DNA of 64,000 nucleotides from Candidatus Magasanikbacteria bacterium CG10_big_fil_rev_8_21_14_0_10_36_32 (lineage in GTDB: Bacteria; Patescibacteriota; Patescibacteriia; Magasanikbacterales; GWA2-37-8): NCBI GenBank assembly GCA_002778465.1, contig PFBV01000003.1:87736-151735 (forward strand), in the 5' to 3' direction. The position numbers and the translations under genes are program-made. Below the pieces are notes generated by a model. It was not told the DNA's origin. It was given only the letters and a program-made list of their open reading frames with translations, and did not search any database. Position 1 is the stretch's first letter; each line of letters begins with the position of its first letter. Shown here piece by piece: positions 50,077 to 59,357 of the stretch.

Positions 50077-51364
50077 TAAATAATCCTCTAAATGTTCCTA
50101 TATCTTTTATAGTCACCAGAGCAATCAAAGCTAGGAGTAGTACAAAACCAACTGTATGCGCCACTTGTTCATATTTTAAAAATGTCCAGCGTCGATTAAT
50201 TTTGCTTAATAATAAAAATAATAATCGTCCACCGTCTAAAGCCGGAATTGGAAGAATATTAACTACCGCCAAATTTAAAGATAAAACCGCGACAAACTGT
50301 AACAAATATAAAAATCCCATTTTTGCCACTTCACCGGTCATTACAGCAATACCAATCGGACCAGACACCGAATCACCAATGTCTTCCTTGCCAATAAACA
50401 AACCTTTAATTAAAGATCCAAAAGCAATCACAATATCTTTCAGATAAACTCCAGTATCAATACAAGCGTGATAAATTGCTTTGTACCAAGGATATTTTAC
50501 TGTGCCATATTCAGCTATACCAACGCCTATTCCACCGCGTCCGCTATCTTGATAAATCATTGGTTTAATTTTTTTATTCAATAACTCATCCCCTCGTTTA
50601 ATAACAAAAGAAACCTCATCGGTTTGGTGGGCATCAACATAATTTTGCATTTCAAATAAACGAGGATTAACAATATCACCAACTTGCGCCACCACATCAC
50701 CGGATTGAATATCAACTAAAGCAGCCGGTTTATCCGGTAAAACCTGAACAATTTCTAAAGTTCTATTTTGTACCGCACTGGTATCTTCAATTTTATCAGT
50801 CAACATCGGTAAACCAACTGAATAACCGACCGAAAATAAAATCGCGGCCAAAAGCACATTCATTGCTACACCAGCTACCATTACAATGGCTTTCTTCCAA
50901 GCCGGTTTGCCAGAAAAACTGTCTGGACCAATATCATTATTATCTTCACCTTTAATTTGAACAAAACCGCCCAAAGGGATCAAATTTATAGAATAAACCG
51001 TACCTTCACGCAACTGTTCATTGCCGTTTTCTGGAACAATCGGCTTATTACCCCAAACCCAGCGCCATTTTTTTATGGGTACTTCTTTAGTAATTTCCAC
51101 AATTTTATCAGTCACTGTTTCTTTAATCACTTCCGTATTTTCCGAAACTTGATAATCCTTAATATTAACATCTATAATTTCTTCTTCAGACAATGTTTCC
51201 AATTTTTTTCCTTCCAATCTTTGTATACCAAACAAACGCGGGGCAAATCCAAATCCAAACTCATAAACTTTCATTCCGCTTTTTTTGGCAGCAATAAAAT
51301 GCCCCACTTCATGAGATAAAACTAATATTGCCAATACGGCGATAAAAATAAGAAGAGTTGCCAT
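50051..51364 (-). CDS. rseP: Site-2 protease (M50 family, RseP-like) with a PDZ domain.
   Basis: HEVGHFIAAK near the N-terminus, a central PDZ domain, and C-terminal LNLAVVNILPIPALDGG. Confidence 0.85.
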   Translation of the reverse strand: MATLLIFIAVLAILVLSHEVGHFIAAKKSGMKVYEFGFGFAPRLFGIQRLEGKKLETLSEEEIIDVNIKDYQVSENTEVIKETVTDKIVEITKEVPIKKWRWVWGNKPIVPENGNEQLREGTVYSINLIPLGGFVQIKGEDNNDIGPDSFSGKPAWKKAIVMVAGVAMNVLLAAILFSVGYSVGLPMLTDKIEDTSAVQNRTLEIVQVLPDKPAALVDIQSGDVVAQVGDIVNPRLFEMQNYVDAHQTDEVSFVIKRGDELLNKKIKPMIYQDSGRGGIGVGIAEYGTVKYPWYKAIYHACIDTGVYLKDIVIAFGSLIKGLFIGKEDIGDSVSGPIGIAVMTGEVAKMGFLYLLQFVAVLSLNLAVVNILPIPALDGGRLLFLLLSKINRRWTFLKYEQVAHTVGFVLLLALIALVTIKDIGTFRGLFIGLWNKFF

Positions 51365-51483
51365 AAAACCCTATAAATAATGAATTAATTTTACTATATA
51401 TAATGACGATTGGCAAGTCCCTTGTTTTTCCGCTTTATTTAATATATAATGACATAAAAGTAATTATTATTAATTTTAATTTT

Positions 51484-52050
51484 ATGATGCCTCTATATAT
51501 CATCTTGGGTGTAGCCGTAGTGATTGGTTTGTGGTTAATTTTAACTTACAATGGATTAATCCGCTCAAAAAATCAGGTTGATGAATCTTACAGTGACATT
51601 GATGTTCAACTTAAACGTCGTTATGATTTAATTCCGAATTTGGTTGAAACCGTCAAAGGTTATATGACTCACGAGCAAAATACTTTGATTAAATTAACTG
51701 AGGCTCGTTCGGCGGCAATGAAAGTTCACGATAATAAAGAAGCTACTTTGGCTGAGCGGGAAGCGGCGGAAAATATGCTCTCTGGCACTTTAAAATCTTT
51801 GTTCGCGGTTACGGAAAATTATCCAGATTTAAAAGCCAGTCAGAATTTTATGGAATTACAAAGAGAATTGACTGACACAGAAAATAAAATTCAAGCCGCT
51901 CGCCGATTTTACAATGGCAATGTTCGTGACTTCAATATAAAAATTCAAGTTTTCCCAACCAATCTTATCGCCAGTGCATTGAAATTCGTCAAATATGATT
52001 TCTTCAAAGCTGATGAAGGAGAAAAAACAAACGTTAAAGTTCAATTCTAA
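51484..52050 (+). CDS. lemA: LemA-family membrane protein.
   Basis: The N-terminal TM MMPLYIILGVAVVIGLWLIL is followed by the LemA helical domain. The track ORF begins at 51403, but the ATG at 51484 gives the canonical LemA N-terminus. Confidence 0.7.
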   Translation: MMPLYIILGVAVVIGLWLILTYNGLIRSKNQVDESYSDIDVQLKRRYDLIPNLVETVKGYMTHEQNTLIKLTEARSAAMKVHDNKEATLAEREAAENMLSGTLKSLFAVTENYPDLKASQNFMELQRELTDTENKIQAARRFYNGNVRDFNIKIQVFPTNLIASALKFVKYDFFKADEGEKTNVKVQF

Positions 52051-52052
52051 TT

Positions 52053-52952
52053 ATGTATAGCGAAATTGCTTCCAATAAACGCAAGTCAATCTTGCTAGCT
52101 TCTTTATTTATTGCCGTAATAATTTTACTCGGTTGGATTTTTGATCAAGTTTACGTCGGTGGAAAAAGTTATACTGGAATAATTATCGCTATTTTTTTGT
52201 CTTTTGGTCTAACCGCCATTTCCTATTTTCAAGGCGACAAAATAGCCCTGCTGACCACCGGTGCCAAATTGCTGGAGCATGATGAAAATCAAAGAGTTTA
52301 TCATTTAGTTGAAAATCTTTGCATTGCTTCCGGCACACCGATACCAAAGATATATCTAATAGAAGATCCGGCCATTAATGCCTTTGCCACTGGAAGAAAA
52401 CCGGAAATAGCATCTATTGCTTTAACTCGCGGAGCGATTGAAAAATTGACCGACAATGAACTGGAAGGCGTCATCGCCCACGAGCTTTCGCATATTAAAA
52501 ATTACGACATCCGCTTTATGATGCTGGTAGCAGTAATGGTGGGGTCAATTTCCATTTTAGCCAATATTCTTTTACGTTCGGGCGGACTGACGCGCGGAAA
52601 AGGCGGAAATGACCGCGAGGGCGGCAGTCAGCTTTTTGCTATTTTAATGATTGTCGGAATTGTCCTGGCGATACTTTCACCGCTTATCGCTGAACTGATT
52701 AAATTGGCTATTTCCCGCCGACGCGAATTTCTAGCTGACGCTTCCGGTGCCTTATTAACTCGTTATCCCGAAGGTCTGGCCCGGGCGCTGGAAAAAATAT
52801 CAGCCGAAGCCAAACCGATGCGCACAGCTTCTTCAGCTACAGCTCATCTTTTCATCGCCTCCCCTTTCAGCGCCAAATCATTTTCCAAATTATTTTCAAC
52901 ACATCCTCCGGTTGAAGAACGCATCAAAAAATTACGGACGATGGGAGCGTAA
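52053..52952 (+). CDS. htpX: Zinc metalloprotease HtpX (M48).
   Basis: HELSHIKNYD (HExxH), four TM helices, and the common lemA-htpX pairing. Confidence 0.85.
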   Translation: MYSEIASNKRKSILLASLFIAVIILLGWIFDQVYVGGKSYTGIIIAIFLSFGLTAISYFQGDKIALLTTGAKLLEHDENQRVYHLVENLCIASGTPIPKIYLIEDPAINAFATGRKPEIASIALTRGAIEKLTDNELEGVIAHELSHIKNYDIRFMMLVAVMVGSISILANILLRSGGLTRGKGGNDREGGSQLFAILMIVGIVLAILSPLIAELIKLAISRRREFLADASGALLTRYPEGLARALEKISAEAKPMRTASSATAHLFIASPFSAKSFSKLFSTHPPVEERIKKLRTMGA

Positions 52953-52957
52953 AAAAT

Positions 52958-53376
52958 ATGAATTATAAAAATATATCCGGCTGGCTTTTATCAGGAATTG
53001 CCACGAATCTTCTTTTGAAGAAATTAAAAAATTTTTAGGCCGAATTAAACAATCCAATTTATCAGGAATAAATACCGAAGAAGCAATACCGACTTTCAAA
53101 GTTGATGAACAAACATGGAACTCTCCCGCTCACTGGTATGTCTCTACTATTGCCCATGATACTTTTCATTCCTACTTTTATCACGATTATAAAAGAAAAA
53201 ATAAAGGCAAAGTGATACCAAAAAATATATGGATCGGCGCAGAACCGGAAAAAAATGTTTAAAATTTCAACTTCAAATTTTAAAAGAAATAGATGGCGAC
53301 ATCAAAGATATAAAACATGTGGAAGAATTAATAAAAAATCCGACTTATCAAAATATTCAAAATAGAAACTGGTAAA
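52958..53376 (+). pseudogene. Frameshifted remnant of a ~140-aa gene (three consecutive reading frames give a continuous protein-like translation).
   Basis: MNYKNISGWLLSGIATNLLLKKLKNF* continues in the +1 frame as LGRIKQSNLSGINTEEAIPTFKVDEQTWNSPAHWYVSTIAHDTFHSYFYHDYKRKNKGKVIPKNIWIGAEPEKNV*, then shifts again to KFQLQILKEIDGDIKDIKHVEELIKNPTYQNIQNRNW*. Both shifts occur at A/T homopolymer runs. There is no intact ORF of at least 60 aa. Confidence 0.4.
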
Positions 53377-53379
53377 AAA

Positions 53380-53412
53380 TAAAAGCCCCGCCAATGCGGG
53401 GCGTTATTTTAT
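53380..53412. terminator. Bidirectional terminator.
   Basis: aaaagccccgccaatgcggggcgttatttt. Confidence 0.6.
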
Positions 53413-53420
53413 ATAAAGAG

Positions 53421-53726
53421 CTAAAAAATATCTATCGGTTGACCGCCAAACGTTGCTTTCAAATAGCAATTTTTGCGAGTGTCAAAAATGAATTCACCCT
53501 GTTCAATTTGAATGGTAAGGGTAGTACCTCTTTTAACAATACTCTCAATAGGCATACTCACTAAATCATCAGACAATCCCATATTAATCCGATAACTGAA
53601 CAAGTCAGGATTTTTTTCATTGGAACAATAAATAACGAAATAAATCGCCGAATTAATCATACCGAAATATACTACTTTTCGACCTTCTGGTAAACCATCA
53701 ACACTCGGCTTTTCGACGACTTTCAT
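53421..53726 (-). CDS. Hypothetical small protein (101 aa).
   Basis: ORF with plausible coding character. No recognisable motif. Confidence 0.35.
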   Translation of the reverse strand: MKVVEKPSVDGLPEGRKVVYFGMINSAIYFVIYCSNEKNPDLFSYRINMGLSDDLVSMPIESIVKRGTTLTIQIEQGEFIFDTRKNCYLKATFGGQPIDIF

Positions 53727-53926
53727 TTTTTACTCCTTTGATTTGTTAAAAAACATTTCATTTTTTTAAACACGATAAAATAATACAATTTTATTTTAAA
53801 CTTGTCAACATAACAAAAAAACACAAAAAAATAATTCAATCAAATTCCTTTGACTAAAACGTCAAAATATGTCATTCTATAAAAAGTACTTTTAAAAAAC
53901 ATAACCTAAATAAAAAGGAGTAAAAA

Positions 53927-54427
53927 ATGCTACGCTTGGTTGGACAAATCAATACCACTCATATCACCGGATTACATTCTATGGTTTGGGGTAATTTTGA
54001 TAAATTGACCGGCAATGTATCTGGACTACGGGGCAATGTTTCCAATATTTGGGGACGGATTCATCCGGAAATTGAAGGCTTTGTTAGTAATATTTTTGGA
54101 AATATTACCGGTTTATCTGGGATAATTTCCGGAATAAACGGCAACATTAATAATATATCAGGCAAAGTCGGCGGTTTATACGGTTGTATCACTGCACTCT
54201 GCGGAGACGTCAGCCGGATTCGTGGCACCATTCACCCTTCCCTCTGCGGAGACGTCAGCCGAATGCGAGGTGACATTTCCGGATTGCGCGGACATATTTT
54301 TCTACTCCATGGAACTGCCAGCGGCATTGAAGGTGATTGTACCGGACAAAAAGGCAACATTGAAGAAATCATAACCAAAGCCGCATTGGCTCGTATCGCT
54401 GAAATCCGTAAACCCTTTGACGCTTAA
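53927..54427 (+). CDS. Heptapeptide-repeat protein (166 aa) with about 18 tandem G-x-[IV]-[ST]-x-[ILM]-x units.
   Basis: Good SD (aaaaggag) 8 nt upstream. The repeats read GNVSGLR GNVSNIW GRIHPEIE GFVSNIF GNITGLS GIISGIN GNINNIS GKVGGLY GCITALC GDVSRIR GTIHPSLC GDVSRMR GDISGLR GHIFLLH GTASGIE GDCTGQK. The DNA-level near-repeat ctgcggagacgtcagccg appears at 54198 and 54243. Terminator 54440-54475. Confidence 0.6.
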   Translation: MLRLVGQINTTHITGLHSMVWGNFDKLTGNVSGLRGNVSNIWGRIHPEIEGFVSNIFGNITGLSGIISGINGNINNISGKVGGLYGCITALCGDVSRIRGTIHPSLCGDVSRMRGDISGLRGHIFLLHGTASGIEGDCTGQKGNIEEIITKAALARIAEIRKPFDA

Positions 54428-54484
54428 ACGTTCTTTAAAACAAATCCCTCCGACACAATGTCGGAGGGATTTTTAATGACTTTA

Positions 54485-54811
54485 TCATTTTTTTATTTTT
54501 TTCGATCCAAATATTTTATCAAACACCCCAACCTTTCTTACTGTTCCTTTTTCATTTTTTAAATAAACAATTCCTTCCTGTTTATCTATTTTAGTCACTT
54601 GATAAATAAACACTCTTAAATCATCGCCAATTTTTACCCTATAAACCATTTTCGGTTTTAACCCTGATAATTTAATCCTGTCGTTTATTTTTAATCTTTT
54701 TTCATAAGCAATATCCACTAAACCTTCACCGACTTTACTAAAAGCCCCCGCTCGGCGTTCTTGCCAAGAACTGTCACGGCTTGCCGGACGGCTATATTTT
54801 TTTACTGCCAT
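54485..54811 (-). CDS. Hypothetical small basic protein (108 aa).
   Basis: ORF MAVKKYSRPASRDSSWQERRAG...; Lys-rich, with no recognisable domain. Confidence 0.35.
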   Translation of the reverse strand: MAVKKYSRPASRDSSWQERRAGAFSKVGEGLVDIAYEKRLKINDRIKLSGLKPKMVYRVKIGDDLRVFIYQVTKIDKQEGIVYLKNEKGTVRKVGVFDKIFGSKKIKK

Positions 54812-54829
54812 AAAATAAAAATTAATTAA

Positions 54830-56698
54830 TTAACCTAAAATTTCATAACGTTCTCCACCTGGTGAAATTTGTTCGGCAATTTTAACCAAATCCTCCAAAA
54901 TTGCATGGGCTAATTTATCACCTTCTTTTTTAATTTGTTCATATTTTTCCTGACTAATCGGTAATCCCACCTGTCCGGTCGGCAAACCAACAGCGGCATA
55001 AAATTTTATTTTTGGTTCCGTTCCGGACGGACGAGCAACCACTCTAATCATCTTTTCTGGATTCAACCAAAATACCAAAGCATTATCAGGAAAACCACTA
55101 TATTCTCCAACTACTTCGCCAGTCCGTGGATCAAGGGTTTTTTTGTTCAACTGATCAAAAACCGATTCCACTTTTAAACCATTTATTTCTACTGGTAATT
55201 TTTCACGCAACTTTTTCATTATTAAAGACATTTTATCCATTCCATCCATTCCACGATAAAAAATTGATTGAACCAATTCGCGATAATATCCATATTCTTT
55301 TTTAATTTCTTCCAATTGTTCAAAAAGCGTTCGGCCCTGCTGTTTTAAAAGAGCGGCATATTCACAAATTAATAAACTCGAGGCAGCGCCATCTTTATCG
55401 CGAGCATAATCACCATAAAGATAACCATGACTTTCTTCTCCGCCAAATAAAAACTTTTTTTCAGGCGGAATATTATCAATCGCATCCGCAATATATTTAC
55501 AACCAACCGGTAAATCACCAATTACTTCTACTCCATTATCTTGAGCTATCTTTGTCAACAAATCAGTGGTAACCGCGGTTTTAATTAAAACATAATTATT
55601 ATCTAATTTACCTTGTTTTTTTAATTCTTTAGTAATGTAATCAAATAAAAGCGCAGCAATCTGATTTCCATTTAAAAAAACATACTCGTCACCAGTATAC
55701 GATCGACGGCTAACTACACCAATTCTATCAGCATCCGGATCAGCAGCCACCACCAAATCAGCTTTTATTTTTTTTGCCTGTGCTGTGGCTAAATCCAAAG
55801 AAATTGGCACTTCTGGATTAGGAATTCTTTTGGCAACATTGCTAAAATTGGGATCAAAAGACATTTGTTCTTCAACTTCATGAATTTTAGTGAAACCAAC
55901 ATGCTTTAATACCGGCAAAAATGAAGTGCTGGCACAGCCATGCAACGGAGTAAAAACAATATCCACATCGCGATAATTTCCTAAAGATAAACTTCCAACA
56001 GTTTCAGCATAAGCACGATCAGTAACATCATCCAATAAAATAATTTTTCCATCTTTTATCGCTTGATCAAAATCACATTTTTTAACTTCCGTCACCCGCA
56101 TTACTTTTTGAATTATATTAACATCATGCGGTGGTACGACTTGTCCTCCATTTTCCCAATAAACTTTGATACCGTTATCTTCTGGCGGATTATGACTGGC
56201 ACTAATCATCACGCCTCCAGCCGCTTTTTTATAACGAATAGTGAAGGAAAGCTGAGGAGTAGACCGAATACCTTTAAAAAAATAAACGGTTAAACCGTTA
56301 GCGGCAAATATTTCAGCCGCATATTTAGCAAACAACTCGGAATTATTACGGATATCATAAGTAATAACTACCCCCCTCTTCTTAACATCTTCACTGCCAA
56401 AAGTTTCAATTAAATAATCAGAAAAACCTTGAGAGGATTCGGCGATAGTTCTAGTATTCATCCGATTTGATCCGGCACCCATTTTCCCGCGACGTCCACC
56501 GGTGCCAAAAGGCATAACTTTATAAAAAGCATCATTAAGTTCAGAAATATTTTCATCATTTATTAATTTTTCTATTTCATTAAAAAAATCAGCATATTCC
56601 GGTTCGGTCAGCCATTTTTTTATATTTTCAAAAGCACTATCCACTAATCCATTTATTTTTAAAATTTCAAGATTGTTTAATATGTCATTTTTTACCAT
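54830..56698 (-). CDS. Phosphoglucomutase/phosphomannomutase family protein (alpha-D-phosphohexomutase).
   Basis: Active-site Ser loop ISASHNPPEDNGIKV, metal-binding DPDADR, and the sugar-binding GEESHG region. Confidence 0.85.
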   Translation of the reverse strand: MVKNDILNNLEILKINGLVDSAFENIKKWLTEPEYADFFNEIEKLINDENISELNDAFYKVMPFGTGGRRGKMGAGSNRMNTRTIAESSQGFSDYLIETFGSEDVKKRGVVITYDIRNNSELFAKYAAEIFAANGLTVYFFKGIRSTPQLSFTIRYKKAAGGVMISASHNPPEDNGIKVYWENGGQVVPPHDVNIIQKVMRVTEVKKCDFDQAIKDGKIILLDDVTDRAYAETVGSLSLGNYRDVDIVFTPLHGCASTSFLPVLKHVGFTKIHEVEEQMSFDPNFSNVAKRIPNPEVPISLDLATAQAKKIKADLVVAADPDADRIGVVSRRSYTGDEYVFLNGNQIAALLFDYITKELKKQGKLDNNYVLIKTAVTTDLLTKIAQDNGVEVIGDLPVGCKYIADAIDNIPPEKKFLFGGEESHGYLYGDYARDKDGAASSLLICEYAALLKQQGRTLFEQLEEIKKEYGYYRELVQSIFYRGMDGMDKMSLIMKKLREKLPVEINGLKVESVFDQLNKKTLDPRTGEVVGEYSGFPDNALVFWLNPEKMIRVVARPSGTEPKIKFYAAVGLPTGQVGLPISQEKYEQIKKEGDKLAHAILEDLVKIAEQISPGGERYEILG

Positions 56699-56728
56699 AT
56701 TCTAAAGATTTTATTTAATAAAATTTTC

Positions 56729-56757
56729 TTTGACTGAATGTTGAAATTATTATATAA
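56729..56757 (+). promoter_or_regulatory. Promoter of the Clp ATPase gene (TTGACT-17-TATAAT).
   Basis: ttgact at 56729-56734 and tataat at 56752-56757. Confidence 0.55.
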
Positions 56758-56812
56758 TACCGCCATAAATAAGGCAAACTTTTGATGAAATAAGGCAAAC
56801 TTTTGATGAAAT

Positions 56813-59341
56813 ATGGATATTTTAGAACGTTTTTCATCGCATTTACGCGAAGTGTTAGCACGTGGTTTACAATTGGCGACTGAACTTAAAAATCCAGAGG
56901 TGGAACCATTACACCTATTTTTCTGTTTATCAAATGAAAAAGGTTCAGTGGCGACGGAAATTTTAAATCGTTTTAAAATTGATCCTAAAATTATTGAACA
57001 AACAATTTTCTCATTACCTACAATTTCTGATAATGATTCAAAAACAACAAAAAATTCTGCTGAACAATATCAAATAATCCCTTTTTCTAACCGCTCAAAA
57101 TTAGCTTTGGAAAAAGCGATTTTTATTGCTCAACAAAATCAGCATAATTATTTAGGTACTGAACATTTACTTGAAGCATTATTAGAATTAGAAGATTCTC
57201 AGCTAAAAGAAATTTTTAAGGTAAGTAATATTAAAGAAATTGAATTAAAAAAACAAATTAACACTACTCTTTTAAATTCATCACAATTTCCACAGATTAA
57301 TGAGGTGGCGGAAGTAACCGAAAAAATACAAGAAAATTTACTCGGCCTTGAACCAGAAATTTTACCTGGCGCAAAATTTAAAAAACAAAATAAAACAAAA
57401 GAGTCTGCTCTTGAATATTTTTCCATTAATTTAACTGACATTAAAAATCAAAAAAATATCGATCCTGTTGTCGGTCGACAAGCAGAAATTGAACGATTGA
57501 CACAAATTATTTGCCGACGTACAAAGAATAATCCGATACTACTCGGTGATCCGGGTGTCGGAAAAACCGCCATTGTTGAAGGTTTAGCAAAAAACATAAC
57601 TACTGGCAATGTACCGGATATGCTCAGACAAAAAAAAATATATGCTGTAGATATGGGTTTATTAATTGCCGGAACTATTTATCGTGGTGAATTTGAATCA
57701 CGACTCAAACAAATTATTGATGAGGCTTCTGCCGACCCTGATATTATTCTTTTTATTGATGAAGTACATAATATCGTAGGCGCCGGCTCAAACCAAGGGA
57801 CTATGGATGCGGCTAATATTTTAAAACCCGCGTTGGCAAGAGGACATATCCGCTGTATTGGTTCAACCACACCGGCTGAATTTAAAAAATTTATTGAAAG
57901 TGATGCTGCTTTAGAAAGACGTTTCCAACCAATCTACGTTCGAGAACCAAGTTTGGAAGAAACAATAAAAATATTACATGGTATTAAAAAAAATTATGAA
58001 GAACATCATCAAGTAAAAATTTCCGACGATGCCATAACGGCAGCTGTTGATTTATCTTCTCGACATATTACCGGAAAATTTCTTCCTGACAAAGCGATTG
58101 ACTTAATGGACGAAACAGCAGCAGCTAAGAGATTAAATGCAGAATTTCCTATAGTGGAGAAAAAATTAATTTTATTAAAAGAACGATTACGTTATGCTTC
58201 GGCAGCCAAAGAAAAAGCGGCTTTAAATAATCGTTTTGGTGAAGCAATTAATTTAAAAGATGAAGAACATAAATTATCGGCAGAAATTAAAAAAATAGAA
58301 AAATTACTGTCAGAACAAAAAATTAAATTCTTTGGCACTGTCACAGACAAAGATATGCTCAATCAAGTAGCAAAAATGACTGGTTCCGAACCTTCAGAAT
58401 TAATTTTGAATAACAAAAAAAGATATACTCAATTAGCAAACGAATTAAAACAACATATCATCGGACAAGATCATGTAATTAATGATATTATTCGTTTAAT
58501 TCAACAGGCTCAGCTCGGAATTTCTCACCCAGAAAAACCGCTTGCTTCATTTTTATTCGTTGGATCTAGCGGTACGGGAAAAACTGAATTGGCCAAAAAA
58601 TTAGCCAGCGCCTTATATCCCGGACAAGACGCTTTGATTAAATTGGATATGACTGAATTCAGCGAAAGTTTCGGTGTATCTAAATTACTCGGTTCACCAG
58701 CAGGTTATGTCGGCTACAAAGAAACTAACCGTTTTACCGATCGGATAAAAATTAATCCTTTTAGTATAATTATTTTTGATGAAATTGATAAAGCTCACGC
58801 AGAGGTGACTAAACTGCTATTGCAAATACTGGACGGCGGAGAAATTACCGATTCGGTTGGCAAGAAAATTTCCCTAAAACATGCTATAATAATTCTAACT
58901 TCATCTTTTGGTTCGGAAGACTTGCAAAAAGGCTTACTGGGATTTGGGGATGGAACAAAAGATGATTCTGAAACAAAAAAATGTCTAATAGAAAAATTAA
59001 AAAATCGTTTTACTCCAGAATTAATAAATCGGCTGGATGAAATCTGCTTATTTAATGAATTATCTGAAGAACACCTCTCAAAAATCGCTGAATTAGAACT
59101 ACAACAATTAAATAACCGATTAAAAAAATATAACACTGCCATCAACGCTGAATCAGAAGTTCTTAATAAAATGATTAAACAATTGCCGGACAAAAACAAT
59201 AATGCACGCAATATCAGACAAAAAATAAGAACAGAAATTGAAAATATGGCGGCTAACATTATTATTAAAGGAAAAATTAAACCTCAATATCAATTAAAAA
59301 TTAAAAATAACAATTTGTCATTAAATAATTATTTGCATTAA
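56813..59341 (+). CDS. clpC: Clp/Hsp100 AAA+ chaperone (ClpC/ClpB family, two AAA modules, short middle domain).
   Basis: Clp_N repeats, Walker A GDPGVGKTAIVEGLA (AAA1) and GSSGTGKTELAKKLA (AAA2). The short M-domain points to ClpC rather than ClpB. Confidence 0.8.
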   Translation: MDILERFSSHLREVLARGLQLATELKNPEVEPLHLFFCLSNEKGSVATEILNRFKIDPKIIEQTIFSLPTISDNDSKTTKNSAEQYQIIPFSNRSKLALEKAIFIAQQNQHNYLGTEHLLEALLELEDSQLKEIFKVSNIKEIELKKQINTTLLNSSQFPQINEVAEVTEKIQENLLGLEPEILPGAKFKKQNKTKESALEYFSINLTDIKNQKNIDPVVGRQAEIERLTQIICRRTKNNPILLGDPGVGKTAIVEGLAKNITTGNVPDMLRQKKIYAVDMGLLIAGTIYRGEFESRLKQIIDEASADPDIILFIDEVHNIVGAGSNQGTMDAANILKPALARGHIRCIGSTTPAEFKKFIESDAALERRFQPIYVREPSLEETIKILHGIKKNYEEHHQVKISDDAITAAVDLSSRHITGKFLPDKAIDLMDETAAAKRLNAEFPIVEKKLILLKERLRYASAAKEKAALNNRFGEAINLKDEEHKLSAEIKKIEKLLSEQKIKFFGTVTDKDMLNQVAKMTGSEPSELILNNKKRYTQLANELKQHIIGQDHVINDIIRLIQQAQLGISHPEKPLASFLFVGSSGTGKTELAKKLASALYPGQDALIKLDMTEFSESFGVSKLLGSPAGYVGYKETNRFTDRIKINPFSIIIFDEIDKAHAEVTKLLLQILDGGEITDSVGKKISLKHAIIILTSSFGSEDLQKGLLGFGDGTKDDSETKKCLIEKLKNRFTPELINRLDEICLFNELSEEHLSKIAELELQQLNNRLKKYNTAINAESEVLNKMIKQLPDKNNNARNIRQKIRTEIENMAANIIIKGKIKPQYQLKIKNNNLSLNNYLH

Positions 59342-59357
59342 TATTGGAACAAATAAT

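Noticed and set aside
51403-51483. Upstream extension of lemA given by the ORF track (start at 51403).
   Set aside because: The extension (MTIGKSLVFPLYLIYNDIKVIIINFNF) has an AT-rich, non-protein-like composition and overlaps the likely promoter. The canonical LemA N-terminal TM helix begins at the ATG at 51484.
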